Assembly (NCBI GenBank): GCA_030141605.1
Contig: JAQGDQ010000105.1
Span: 434,001-498,000 of the forward strand
Reading direction: 5' to 3'
Source: Tubiluchus corallicola
Taxonomy: Eukaryota; Animalia; Priapulida
DNA: 64,000 bases
The notes under the pieces were generated by a model. It did not search any database. It was not told where the DNA came from and saw only the letters and a program-made list of their open reading frames with translations. A program made the translations under genes and the position numbers. Shown piece after piece: positions 12,605-23,395 of this stretch. How positions within the stretch are numbered: position 1 is the stretch's first letter; each line of letters begins with the position of its first letter.

Positions 12605-14139
12605 TAATATCAACAATGTGCAAACATCCTACATAATTATGTTTATTTACCTAACAAATAAATATCCAAAACCCAACAGATTTATGTATAACAGTGAAAC
12701 ACGGGGTTTCACGATCGTTCAAGAAAAACAGATTAATGAGTTTCATAGAAATCTTCAAAGTTTTAAAGCTAAGCTAACTATTCATTGGCAGCATATAGCT
12801 AATAAGGCAGCAAGGACAGCAACTTCTTACAAAAACACATTTTTAAATTAACACCTTTTCAACAATTTTTTAACTCTTTAGTTCACTTGTGCAATAGAAA
12901 TCGAATATTTTTAATCACATGGTCTTGGAGAATTTTCTGGAGTCGTTACTTTATTTGATCAGCTTGCCTCCCATGTTTTTTAAATGCACATGCCATTACA
13001 CAACTATTTGTCAAAGTTGACTCATTGAACCAAGGATCAAATTGCCTCAAATCTGCTTTGCCCTTCATTGAAAGAGAGTTGGCTACTCAGTTAGATTAAC
13101 TTCTTTAAAACTGCACCATTCAAAATAGGTCTTATAATACCTATGACTTTTCCGCTACTGTGTGGTTGAGCACAGACATCAATAAATAACTACAATATAA
13201 GTATTCAGGAAAATCTCGGCTATCCAATCATACTATTTGTTTAAACATTTATAAGTGATTTACATGCTCTTTTCAGGCACTCCAGCTAAACCTATTGAGT
13301 AACTTAGTCTATGAACATTTACGTGATCGTACACATTAATTTACTGATCACCTGCTCAGCCCAAACCATGCAGTGTTCTGCAGCTATTCCAGGAAAAACC
13401 AACCGATCAGCAAAGGACAAATTAAGGTCGTTTCATTTTCTAACAGGAATTTCTATTTAAAAATAGGGTAAACTTGAGGCCAAAGTGTATAAGAGTGTAA
13501 CGTCTAGATATTTGAAAATTTTCGCATTAGCCAATTTCACACAGGTGATATTGCGTAATATATTGTTACAGTGCAAACACTGCAGATCGGAAAGCTTTTT
13601 TTAATTTTTTCATCAAAAATCGATTTTTAATTTGCTTCAGACAGGCAAATGAACTTCATATAAAATTTTGTAAAAATCCATTGTTGTAGGAGTAGAAACC
13701 TACAAAAATTAGCAAATGTAACGGTAATCGCTGCTCAGTGAGAGCAGTTTTTCATGAACTCATGCAAAATGCAGCAAACGCTTACGGTTCTGAAGGATCT
13801 AAAATCAATATAATTAAATAGCAACATTCTTGTGATGTCTTGAGATTTATAAACTTACTGTAAAACTTCTTATTGCATTAGAAGTTTAATGTTGGTAGCT
13901 TGTTTAATGTTAGATACAAAGCAACAATTACACACTTCCTTTAAAACTGTAGCTTCCTCGTGTTTTAATCTTAAACACAAAAACTAAAATGTATAATCAA
14001 TGCATTACAGTATAAAATGCACAAAATGTTTGATATGTGTTACGGCACCTTTTTTATGTACTTGCTCTCCTTAATTTTGGAACTTGGTTATGCCCCTGTC
14101 GTTCATAATCAAAAATGAAGATTTATACATTAGAACAAA

Positions 14140-14360
14140 AGAAAGACGGTTAGGACACCTTCTCAGATTACTAAGTGAACTGGGCATCAGCAAGAATTAG
14201 AAAGCACCTGGCAAACAAAAAACAACATGGACAGCTAAGATAAATAAAGATGTTCAACAACTCCAATGAAATCCAGCTTTAGCGCCAGACGAACTTATAC
14301 TGTTAGCTGCAGAAGAGTGGGTGGCGTGCCTTAGTCAATGGCAATGCCTCAAAGTCTGTA
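14140..14360 (+). mobile_element. RTE-like LINE 3' fragment (degenerate)
   Basis: Frameshifted pieces LGHLLRL, PGKQKTTW..KINKDV and WRALV resemble the RTE ORF C-terminus. Confidence 0.45.
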
Positions 14361-14849
14361 ATAGACGGATTCTCCTGAAGCGAAATTGTAGGCATGTCCT
14401 ACTTCTTCCCAAACAGCTATAAATCTCCTTCCAAGACCTCCCCCAAGCATTGCTAGAACGCTTTTAGGCTACACGGGGTCCTGTCAAAATTTTGGCAAAA
14501 AGCAGGCAGGTGGATCTGGAGAGATGCACATCGCAAATAATAATGTCCCTCTGGCAAATTCTAAATAACCCTAGCTACTACGCCCTCTGTTGAACAGGCT
14601 ATCCAACCATTACCTGTGCCACCCTGGGCCGACATAATCATTCTCTAGAAATAAGAGGTACAAGTTTTGTGAGAAAAAAACGGCCGAGAAAATGCCATTT
14701 TAGAGGCGTTTTGCCTCTCCCAATACTCCCTGTGCACCCGATTCGATAAATAGACCGCCAATGGCAAAATCTATATCGAGCTCTTTCATTTGATTTGACA
14801 GGTCACAGAAAATGGCACAGCAGTTATCTATACCCGCGAGATTATATAG

Positions 14850-15145
14850 ATTATCCAAACCTCGCAAAAAAATTATACATAAACCCACACCAAACCCACC
14901 ATACCACACCACACACACATCCACACCAAAAGACCAATACTACACCGCATGATCCACACCACATCACATCATTTATACCACACCGCCTATACCACACCAC
15001 CCACAACATGCACCCAAATCATCCACACCATGCTACACTCACCATGCCCACACCGTACCCATCATATCATATCACACCTACCGTACCACCTACACTACAC
15101 CCCCACACCATGCCACCCACACTATGCCACGAACACCAACACTCT
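14850..15145 (+). repeat. CA/CAC-rich low-complexity repeat, left arm of an inverted pair
   Basis: Starts tatccaaacctcgcaaaaaaattatacataaa, then degenerate (CACAC/CACCA)n. Confidence 0.8.
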
Positions 15146-15714
15146 AAAAATGGGCGTATTATACTTCATTGCCATGTACGAACCTAACTAATAGGGTGAG
15201 TGACATATATGCTCAAACAGCCTCTAGAAAAACTCAATTTGTGCAACTGTTTGGGCATGTTGGGAAATAATAAGCACACCCGCAGAAAGAAGACAAAACG
15301 GTCCATAAAATGTTCAAAGTTTTGTTGGGAGAGAGGTCCACTAGACGAAACGGGAAGGGTGTAATTCAAAGTTCTTTTTCAACCTCCATAAGCTGCACAC
15401 TATTTTGAACATCCATTATCGTTGAGTTTGAGAAATTACACGGCTGTTCCAGATATTGTTGACCTGCCGCTCTACAGTGATATAGATTTTACATGTAAGT
15501 TCTGTTAGCCTATTATCGTGTGAGAAGCGGCAAACAAAACTGTGTGGAATGTCCGTGCATTATTGATCATTGCTAAACAGACAAAGAGGATTTATTATAG
15601 CACACAGTTTCGACTTTGTGGATAATGTTTGGAATGGTTTTGTTGTGATGCTGTGCTGTTGGTGTCGTCATTGTTGCCGCCATCATCATCGTCATCATCA
15701 ACACATGATCACCA

Positions 15715-16012
15715 CGTGAAGTGGTGGGGATTGTGTAGTGTGGTGGTAGTGGTGTGCTGTGGGGGTTGTGCTATGGATGGTGTGGTGGGGTGGTAGGGTG
15801 TTGTGGTGTAGGTGGTGTGGCGTGGCGTGGTGTGTGGGTGTGGTGGTGTGGTGGTATTATGTGGTGCAGTGTGGTGTGATGTGGTGAGGTGTGGTGTGGG
15901 TTGTGTGGTGTGACTGGTGTGGATGGAGTAGTGTGGGTAGTGTAGTTGGGTGGTATGGTGTGGGTTGTGTGTTCATTTATGCGCAAAATTCTTTTCGCGG
16001 GGTTTGGATAGT
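15715..16012 (-). repeat. TG/GTG-rich low-complexity repeat, right (inverted) arm
   Basis: The reverse complement starts tatccaaaccccgcgaaaagaattttgcgcataaa, then (CACAC/CACCA)n. This is the same head motif as the copy at 14850. Confidence 0.8.
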
Positions 16013-16327
16013 TGCAATTAGTTTTCAAGATTTTTTCAAAGTACTGGTAACTAACTGGTAAGACCATTTTTGTAAAAGTAATAGAGCAACTTTGCACATG
16101 GGAGACTAAAATACAGCCAAACTTTAGTTGAGTTGATGAACATTTTAGCAGACGCTAAGGCGTGGATGCTAGGAAGGTATTACTATTACAATTAGTGCAT
16201 GAAGCCATGAAGAAAGTCTTCGAGTCAGGTCGAGCTACTGCGAAGATCTGAGAGGCTGAGCGTCCCGACCATAGATATACATACTGTATTATTATCCATG
16301 GTCGCAACAGTTAAACTTTATTGCTCG

Positions 16328-17048
16328 TGTAGGGCGCCAAGTTGACCACTGAGCCAAGTAGACCACTTCCGGTAAACCCGATGCGCTAAAAGTAGTGTCC
16401 TACATGGGCAGCCCAAGTAGGACATTAGCGATTTTTGTCGAGAATCGGTAATTTTGTCAAATTTTTGAAAATTTACAAATGCATTTCTCACAATAATTTC
16501 ATCATTATGATTAACTCCATTAATATATCATAACATTAAACCTAGTATCCAATGCTTTAAAAAGAGAAATTCTGCACACAGTTATTACAGAAATAATTGC
16601 AAATTTAAAATTGAGACAGATGCTGCTAAGCATGTAGGACACATAGATCGCTAGAACATTTACTTATAAGAAAACAATTATTTGCCCAAGAGGTAGTGAA
16701 ACGGATCACCTGTTTGTGAAGTGAGACAAAATCAAAAATGATATACCTTAAACAAATGTTGAATTCGCAAAAAAGTGTTTTTTTCACTTCAACAACATTA
16801 ATATCGAAACCAAATTAATATTGTCCGTTCTACCAGCTCAGAATAAAATTCTTTTATTTTATTAGATGTATAATAAATTATTCAATGTGTACTAACGTTT
16901 TTAATTATTATTATTACATAAACAAGCACAACGGACGGTGTCAGTACACTTAACGACTCAATTCGCGACCTGTCTCTAGTGTCCTACTGGGGCAGCCCAA
17001 GTAGACCAATTGGTCTACTTGGCTCAGTGGTCCACTCGGCTCCCAACA
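16328..17048. mobile_element. Non-autonomous DNA transposon (MITE) with TGT...ACA termini, Ginger-like
   Basis: ~38-bp TIRs (tgtagggcgccaagttgaccactgagccaagtagacca versus rc tgttgggagccgagtggaccactgagccaagtagacca) and a 5-bp TSD gctcg (16323-16327, 17049-17053). The superfamily is inferred from the termini and TSD length. Confidence 0.85.
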
Positions 17049-17269
17049 GCTCGTACAGTCAGCAATGCATTCGTTATTGTGACCTGGACATGGTTGACAC
17101 GCGGGTTTGACGGTAACAATGTGAATTATTTTAAATTAAGCTGCAGTTGATGCGTAGTAGTGTAACTACAAAGAAATTATAAACGCACTTGTCAATGATT
17201 ATATGTGATGAGTGACATTGATACTGATCTTAAGTTTAAAAGCATGATAATAAAGCAGTTTGAAATAAC

Positions 17270-19669
17270 ATGTTGAAATCGATATCTTTTAGTTTTACTG
17301 AATTAACTTCAGACCAATCAATAGAGGATTTGGCTCCTAGTGGCACAAGTCACATTTACTTTAAAGATGTTACCTCGATACCTTTAATAAACAAATATGT
17401 GCAAGGTTCAATAAAATCGATAGGAAAGCTCAAAATTGATCCTAGAAGACTTAGTAGCGGGAAAATCATTCAGGTTGTTCTTAACCAGTCTGCTTGTGCT
17501 GAGAACTACTCTGCAGAGAACAAAAAGTTGCTAAACGTTATATTTTTTAATGAACTTGCAGAATATGTGAGTACTGTACAGCTGGGTGCTCACTTGTTAG
17601 TGGGAAATGTTAACACCTGGCCATGCCCAGAATCTCAATGTAATCCAGCTTCGGGTTTGCATAAGTTTGCTATAGTTGTACAACCTATACCTGTACATGA
17701 TCAGTTGCCCTTTGTTATACTAAAAGGAACACGCTCTGCTAATCAAGAAATAAAAACTAATATAGAAATGTCGGATAACAATGTTGCATTTCATGGAGCC
17801 GATCGTCGTGGCAAAGTGCCTCGATACGATTACAGTACTATAAACAAACTGGTAAAAGGTGATGTCATCAATATTTGGGGTGTAGTGCGATTTTTCAAGC
17901 CAGTATTTCAAACAAAAGGCACACATCATTGCTCTGTGATTACTCTTGTGGATCCATCTTGTATTAGTGGAATTAATTACCAGTTAAAATGCAGTTTACT
18001 GGCTGCTCGTGAATCTTTGCCATTAGTATCGGAGGTGCTACAGATTGTGAGGCTTCATAGAGTGATGATAAGTACATACATGGGAGAATTTCAAGCAAAA
18101 GCTGGATGTGGGTTTTCTGCACTAGTGTTTGATGGGACAATTGATTCACCAATAGAGCCACTGACAATGAGCAAATCTTTCACTTTCGGTCATCCAGATG
18201 AAACTAGAGTCCTAGAGCTAAGAAAATGGATTGCGCAAAACCGTTCATTTATTCTTGGTGAAGAAATGGTGTTTAATCGAACTCTTTCAACTGTAATGCC
18301 TAATACATTCTTTAATTTGCCATGCAGAGTCCTAGGCATGTGTGATGTGAAAGATAAACCTTTGATGGTAAGAGTATTTGATGGAACACCACTGCCTAAC
18401 ACCTGGAGATCTCGTGTTGCAGATTTTTCTACAGAAGAGTCACTAAACTATGTACAAAGTGAAGAATGTGCGAGATATGCAAACAACACAGTTGACATCT
18501 TTTTGTATGGTGATCAAGCAGAACACAATCGAGACATTTTGCCTGGTGAGTTAATTCTGATCAAGCAGTGTCACTGCCGACAATTAAAAAGTACGGTTTT
18601 GCCATCCAGTAAAAGACTGCCATCAGCTGACAGGGGCGAACAGCCTGCTTTGGTTGAATTTTGCTTGCTTCCTGGGTTTAACTGTAAACAAACTGTTGTG
18701 CGTAACATAGGTGGCATGGAAGAATGTGCCAACCTTCTAGCTCAGTTAAATCATTCACACCAAAGGTCGACTGTTACTTCCCAGGCTTTACCCAGCATAT
18801 TAAGTGCTGACACTTGTGAATCTGCACACTCAGAAATGCTAATTAATAATAACGAGTACTTGCGTGGTAGCAAAGAGATGGATTCTTCCTTAGGTTTTAC
18901 TCAGTTTCTTTCTTCACAGTCGCAGGTAGATGACAAGGTAGGCTTTAATGGAAATTCCAATGATGTTATACCTGAGGGAATTATTATCGTAAGGAACACT
19001 GATAGTTGTCTAGCCACCAACATTGACAGCTGTATTTCATCAGAGCCTCATGCATGTTGGTTAAATGGGGTAGTTTGCTATGATTATCAGCCACGCATTT
19101 TTGAAAGAAGCACTGTAAACAGTTTTCTTACGGTCACTTGTCCTGTATGTACATTCAGAAGTGTTTGTCCTGATCCTAAATGGACAAGTGAGCCTAGTGA
19201 TAGCAACATTGAGTCAGTTAGTGATAGTAGTTCCCAGTGGAATGGAATTTGTCCTTGTGCGATAGATTCTTGTGGAGTTGAATACTGGCAGTGCCCAAAA
19301 TGTACAGATGTCTTGTGGAACATTAAACTCAATGGCGACTCAGAGGACAACAGTGATTGCATGATTCCTCAGCTGGAACATGAATATGATTTAAAAATTT
19401 ATCTCAAGGATTCATCAGGTCATTTGTTAGTTCATCTTAGTAGTGCAGATGCAGAAAAGTTTTTTGGCGGTCTGACACCCATTGAGCTTCTTAAAGAAAG
19501 AAAAAAGCTATGGCCAATTTTTAAAAGTTTTTTTTTAAAGTTAAACCCTGTGCAAGGTCAGCCAGGCCAACCTGTGAATGTTATAGTGAATCGCTCGACT
19601 GAAAATTCTTTCACTTTCTTAGATACTCAGGCTGCATTCACGTTAAGTACTGCCAAAAATTTTGATTAG
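17270..19669 (+). CDS. POT1: Protection of telomeres 1 (shelterin ssDNA-binding OB-fold protein), 799 aa, intronless CDS
   Basis: From aa ~186: YDYSTINKLVKGDVINIWGVVRFFKPVFQTKGTHHCSVITLVD...IVRLHRV...GFSALVFDGTIDSPIEP...SKSFTF..DETRVLELRKW (POT1 OB1). OB2: FFNLPCRVLG...VRVFDGT...TVDIFLYGDQAE. C-terminal CxxC...CxxC and YDLKIYLKDSSG...DAEKFF (OB3). Confidence 0.92.
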   Translation: MLKSISFSFTELTSDQSIEDLAPSGTSHIYFKDVTSIPLINKYVQGSIKSIGKLKIDPRRLSSGKIIQVVLNQSACAENYSAENKKLLNVIFFNELAEYVSTVQLGAHLLVGNVNTWPCPESQCNPASGLHKFAIVVQPIPVHDQLPFVILKGTRSANQEIKTNIEMSDNNVAFHGADRRGKVPRYDYSTINKLVKGDVINIWGVVRFFKPVFQTKGTHHCSVITLVDPSCISGINYQLKCSLLAARESLPLVSEVLQIVRLHRVMISTYMGEFQAKAGCGFSALVFDGTIDSPIEPLTMSKSFTFGHPDETRVLELRKWIAQNRSFILGEEMVFNRTLSTVMPNTFFNLPCRVLGMCDVKDKPLMVRVFDGTPLPNTWRSRVADFSTEESLNYVQSEECARYANNTVDIFLYGDQAEHNRDILPGELILIKQCHCRQLKSTVLPSSKRLPSADRGEQPALVEFCLLPGFNCKQTVVRNIGGMEECANLLAQLNHSHQRSTVTSQALPSILSADTCESAHSEMLINNNEYLRGSKEMDSSLGFTQFLSSQSQVDDKVGFNGNSNDVIPEGIIIVRNTDSCLATNIDSCISSEPHACWLNGVVCYDYQPRIFERSTVNSFLTVTCPVCTFRSVCPDPKWTSEPSDSNIESVSDSSSQWNGICPCAIDSCGVEYWQCPKCTDVLWNIKLNGDSEDNSDCMIPQLEHEYDLKIYLKDSSGHLLVHLSSADAEKFFGGLTPIELLKERKKLWPIFKSFFLKLNPVQGQPGQPVNVIVNRSTENSFTFLDTQAAFTLSTAKNFD

Positions 19670-20868
19670 TTACAACACTGATTCACACAGTGATGTATTA
19701 TAAATTTACTAAAGATGTCTGGCAGTTTGTTTGTAATGCAGAACTTAACTGAAATCTTATTAATTGATTTACATTAATCAGTCACACTGAATGTTTAAGT
19801 TTTATTCACTTATTATTTCAGAGCCAGTAGCTTTTATTTAGCCTTCTTTTTTCGTTAGCCTATAAAAATTTTGCTCATGTTAGCAAGAAAATTAGAATCA
19901 AGATTGAAGATCACAGATGTAATAAATCATTTTATCACTTTTATTAAATATGTATTATACAGCTACTGGAAGCAGAAAATTAGTAATTCTAACTTTTCTC
20001 GGACTTCTTTGCATTTGAGGTAATTATATAAACACTATTGACTTTCACTTCTGATGCAACAGTTTTTGTCAAATCAAAGTCCCATTGTGTTGGATTTTTT
20101 CCTGGGTTATTATGCCACGTAGAAAATTATTCAAATTTGTTACTAAGCCAGTGTGAATGTTTTAAGAGTCACTGATATTACAATAGTTGTTTATAACATG
20201 ATGATTCCGCTTCCCTTTCCTATTTGTAGATGTCACTACTTAAGGCATAATATATTATTGTCAAAACGTTTTACAACACTGATATATACTTATTTACTAC
20301 TTACTGATTGAAATAAAAGAGGCTGCCATGCCTTTGTAGCAAGACTCAAGTTGTAGCTCAGACATCATTTTGTTCACATTTGTATTTTTTATGTTGTAAA
20401 TGCAATCAAAAAATAATTTAGTAATGTGCTATAGCACAGAAACATGTAGTGTGGCAAAACTAATTCACACAAGCTCTTTGACTGTCATGGTAAGGTGCAG
20501 TACATTCTGTGTCATTGTTTAATATTATTTTATCATGAAACTTTTCATATTGGTGACTGATTTTATAATATTTTTGTGTCCTGGCATTCATTTGTCCAAC
20601 ATTAGGCATGATGTCACTCTTCATTTAAAGACTTCTTTGTATGTTTGATTTGTTTTAATGTTTGTAAAGTTAATGTAAACTAACGTTAGTCTCACATAAT
20701 ATAACACAAAGCAGAAAAAATATCGACACTGGTTTTGTTGTTTCTCAAAATTTGCTTAAAATTTTGTTATTTTTTTTTAATATGTGAACGTCTAGTTTTG
20801 CACAAATGGATGCTGGGCATAAATCACTGAGGCCTCTGCACAGACTACGAACTGCTTCATGTTAAGAG

Positions 20869-23395
20869 ATGGAGTTTATGCTTGGTGGACTGGGTGCCTG
20901 TGCAGCAGGTGTGTTTACTAACCCATTGGAGGTTGTGAAAACCAGATTTCAACTTCAAGGTGAACTTAAAGCACGAGGAAAATATACCAAGCATTACAAG
21001 AATGTCTTCCATGCATTTTACACAATCGGAAGAGTAGATGGTATGGCAGCTTTGCAGAAGGGTCTTGTTCCAGCTCTTTGGTATCAGTTCTTTATGAACG
21101 GCGTACGACTAGGTGTTTTTCAAGTTTTACAAAATAGTGGCATTTGTTATGACAAAAATGGGAATATATCTCACTGGAGAAATGTCCTCGCCGGTGCTGT
21201 ATCGGGCAGCATGGGAGCATTTGTTGGAAGTCCTGTATATATGGTAAACTATTTTTTTCTAAATTGAATCATCTTAGCTTGTGTTGCAAATACACAGCAA
21301 AAATTTGATGTTACAGGGCCTGCAGTATGTTTCTAAAGACATTAGCTATCACATTTTTTTCTAACCAACTCATCTGTCTCACTTCAAATGGCTTTTGAAA
21401 GGCAATGTTTTTGTCATAGATAATGCAACAGGGTTTTTATAAAATATTATAGAAACATATTTGCAGTATTGGTGTCACCATTAAGAAAAACTGTAATATA
21501 AGTAATTGATAAAAATTAATCTCTTGCTCATAGCTGCAGTGCCACTCTACTAATGTTCTTGCTCTGTCTGGCTGTTGCTGCAAGCCGAGAACAGTGTCAT
21601 ATACTGTGCTGTCAGTTCTACTAAATTCATGTCTTTCAAGGCCAAAGAAATTACTGTGAGTTATGGAAAATACTATTAATTTTTTGTATGCATAAAATTC
21701 CATCGAGTCTTGGATTTTAATACTCTTAACTAATCATAGCACATCTTAATTCTTGAGCAGATTTTACTGTGCATATTGTATCCATTTTCTAGATCAAGAC
21801 GCAGCTACAAGCAAGATCTCATGATGAAATAGCTGTTGGTCATCAGCATCGACATAGCAGCATGTTTCGTGGGTTACACGACACCTATTCAGAGTTTGGT
21901 ATAAGAGGCCTCTGGAGAGGAGTCAGTGCCGCTATTCCACGAGTTATGATTGGCTCTGCAGCACAACTTAGCAGTTTTCAGGCAGCGCATGATCACATTG
22001 AAAAACTTCGAGTGAGTAGTTTTTACAAGCATTTCTTACCATAGGAGTTAGGAGTGAAATAAACAAATTATCAGATTGTGAATTTCATTAAATTGTACAG
22101 TGGTAATCTTTCAAGTTATTCAAGTGGATTAGTCTAAATTTATCTAAATAGCAAGCTTGAGAATCAATCTTGGTGCAATTCAAACAGAAAGAATTTCTTA
22201 TCTTAAAGTCTCTAAGTAGAATTATCATGCACCCATGCCGCACATCATTGTCGTAATTGTTTAGGCTTGTGCATGAAAGATGCTAATTATCTCTCTCTAC
22301 ATTCTGCTTTAATACTCTCTAGCACTCTTGCTTGACCTTTGCATGAAATGAAAACATTTCCAAAATTGGCAGTATCAAAATTTATATGTGCAATGTTTCT
22401 TTCAAGTGTATTACAAAAATTTATATACTAAGTCTTTGCATATTTTTTTCTTTTTCTGGACGAGTTGCAAGTTTATAAACCAAATTACTTATGAGAATAT
22501 GGCAATTACCACCAATAGAATGAACTTATTCTGTTCTGTCATTTGATGTAGATACAGTTCTTACATTTTTCTTCACTACTTGTGATTCCTTATTGGACAT
22601 TTAAGATTTCTTTCAAAATTTGTGTCAACTTTGTTTGAGATGCCACTTTCTTGGATAAGCTGAGTAGTAGTATTCATTTGCAAAAATGCAGCAGGTTGCT
22701 CATGTTAATTTTAACCATCATAAATAATACAAGTGTCATAAATGAATGTGTTATAAATAAACGAACTCATCCTGCTGTTTCCTTAGTAACCACAAAATAG
22801 AGACTTAAACAACCGGTTTTTTTTGTTGTTATTGTCTACTGTTCAACAACAGAAAAAAGTCATTGCTTACTTTATCTGTAAAAGTATGAAAAATGGAATG
22901 AATAATTTGTAAAAGTTGCAAAAACATAAGAATAAAGCAGATTTCTAAACAAAACCAATATTTGGCCCGAATGCATACTCATAACATTAGCCTTAGTTTC
23001 ATATAATATGCGAAAGCAAGAACAGTTTCCTTTTTGTATTATTTTATTTTTGTAATGCATTTTTTCGTTTTCTTTTCTAGTTTTTCAAGTCAAACAGTGT
23101 TTGGACTAATATAAGTGCAAGTGTGGTAAGTGGTGCTGTTGTCGTTTTGTTCATGACTCCATTTGATGTTGTATCTACCCGCCTTTACAACCAAGGTGTC
23201 GACACTCAAGGACGCGGTCTCTTCTACAAGAACTTCTTTGATTGTTTTATAAAAATCTTCATTAGAGAGGGGCCTTTCGGATTTTATAAAGGATGGTCAG
23301 CCTCATTATTTCGTCTGGCACCGCACACTATTCTCAGCTTGGTGTTTTGGCGAGAATTTCGGAAAGCATACCATAAACTCGAAGAAAAGATCTGA
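20869..23395 (+). CDS. SLC25A35: Mitochondrial carrier SLC25A35/SLC25A34-like (OAC1 family), 302 aa
   Basis: Exons 20869-21243, 21793-22011 and 23081-23395 (phase-0 GT-AG introns). Three carrier signatures: [25 protein letters not shown] and [12 protein letters not shown]. Also [22 protein letters not shown] and EIAVGHQH. Confidence 0.92.

Noticed and set aside
15715-15975. Interstitial telomere or telomerase-RNA template near POT1
   Set aside because: There are no tandem TTAGGG or TTAGG units, only irregular GTGTG/GTGG.
14795-16097. His/Pro/Thr-rich ORFs of 130, 80 and 108 aa
   Set aside because: They are translations of CA-rich low-complexity repeats that lack stop codons by composition.
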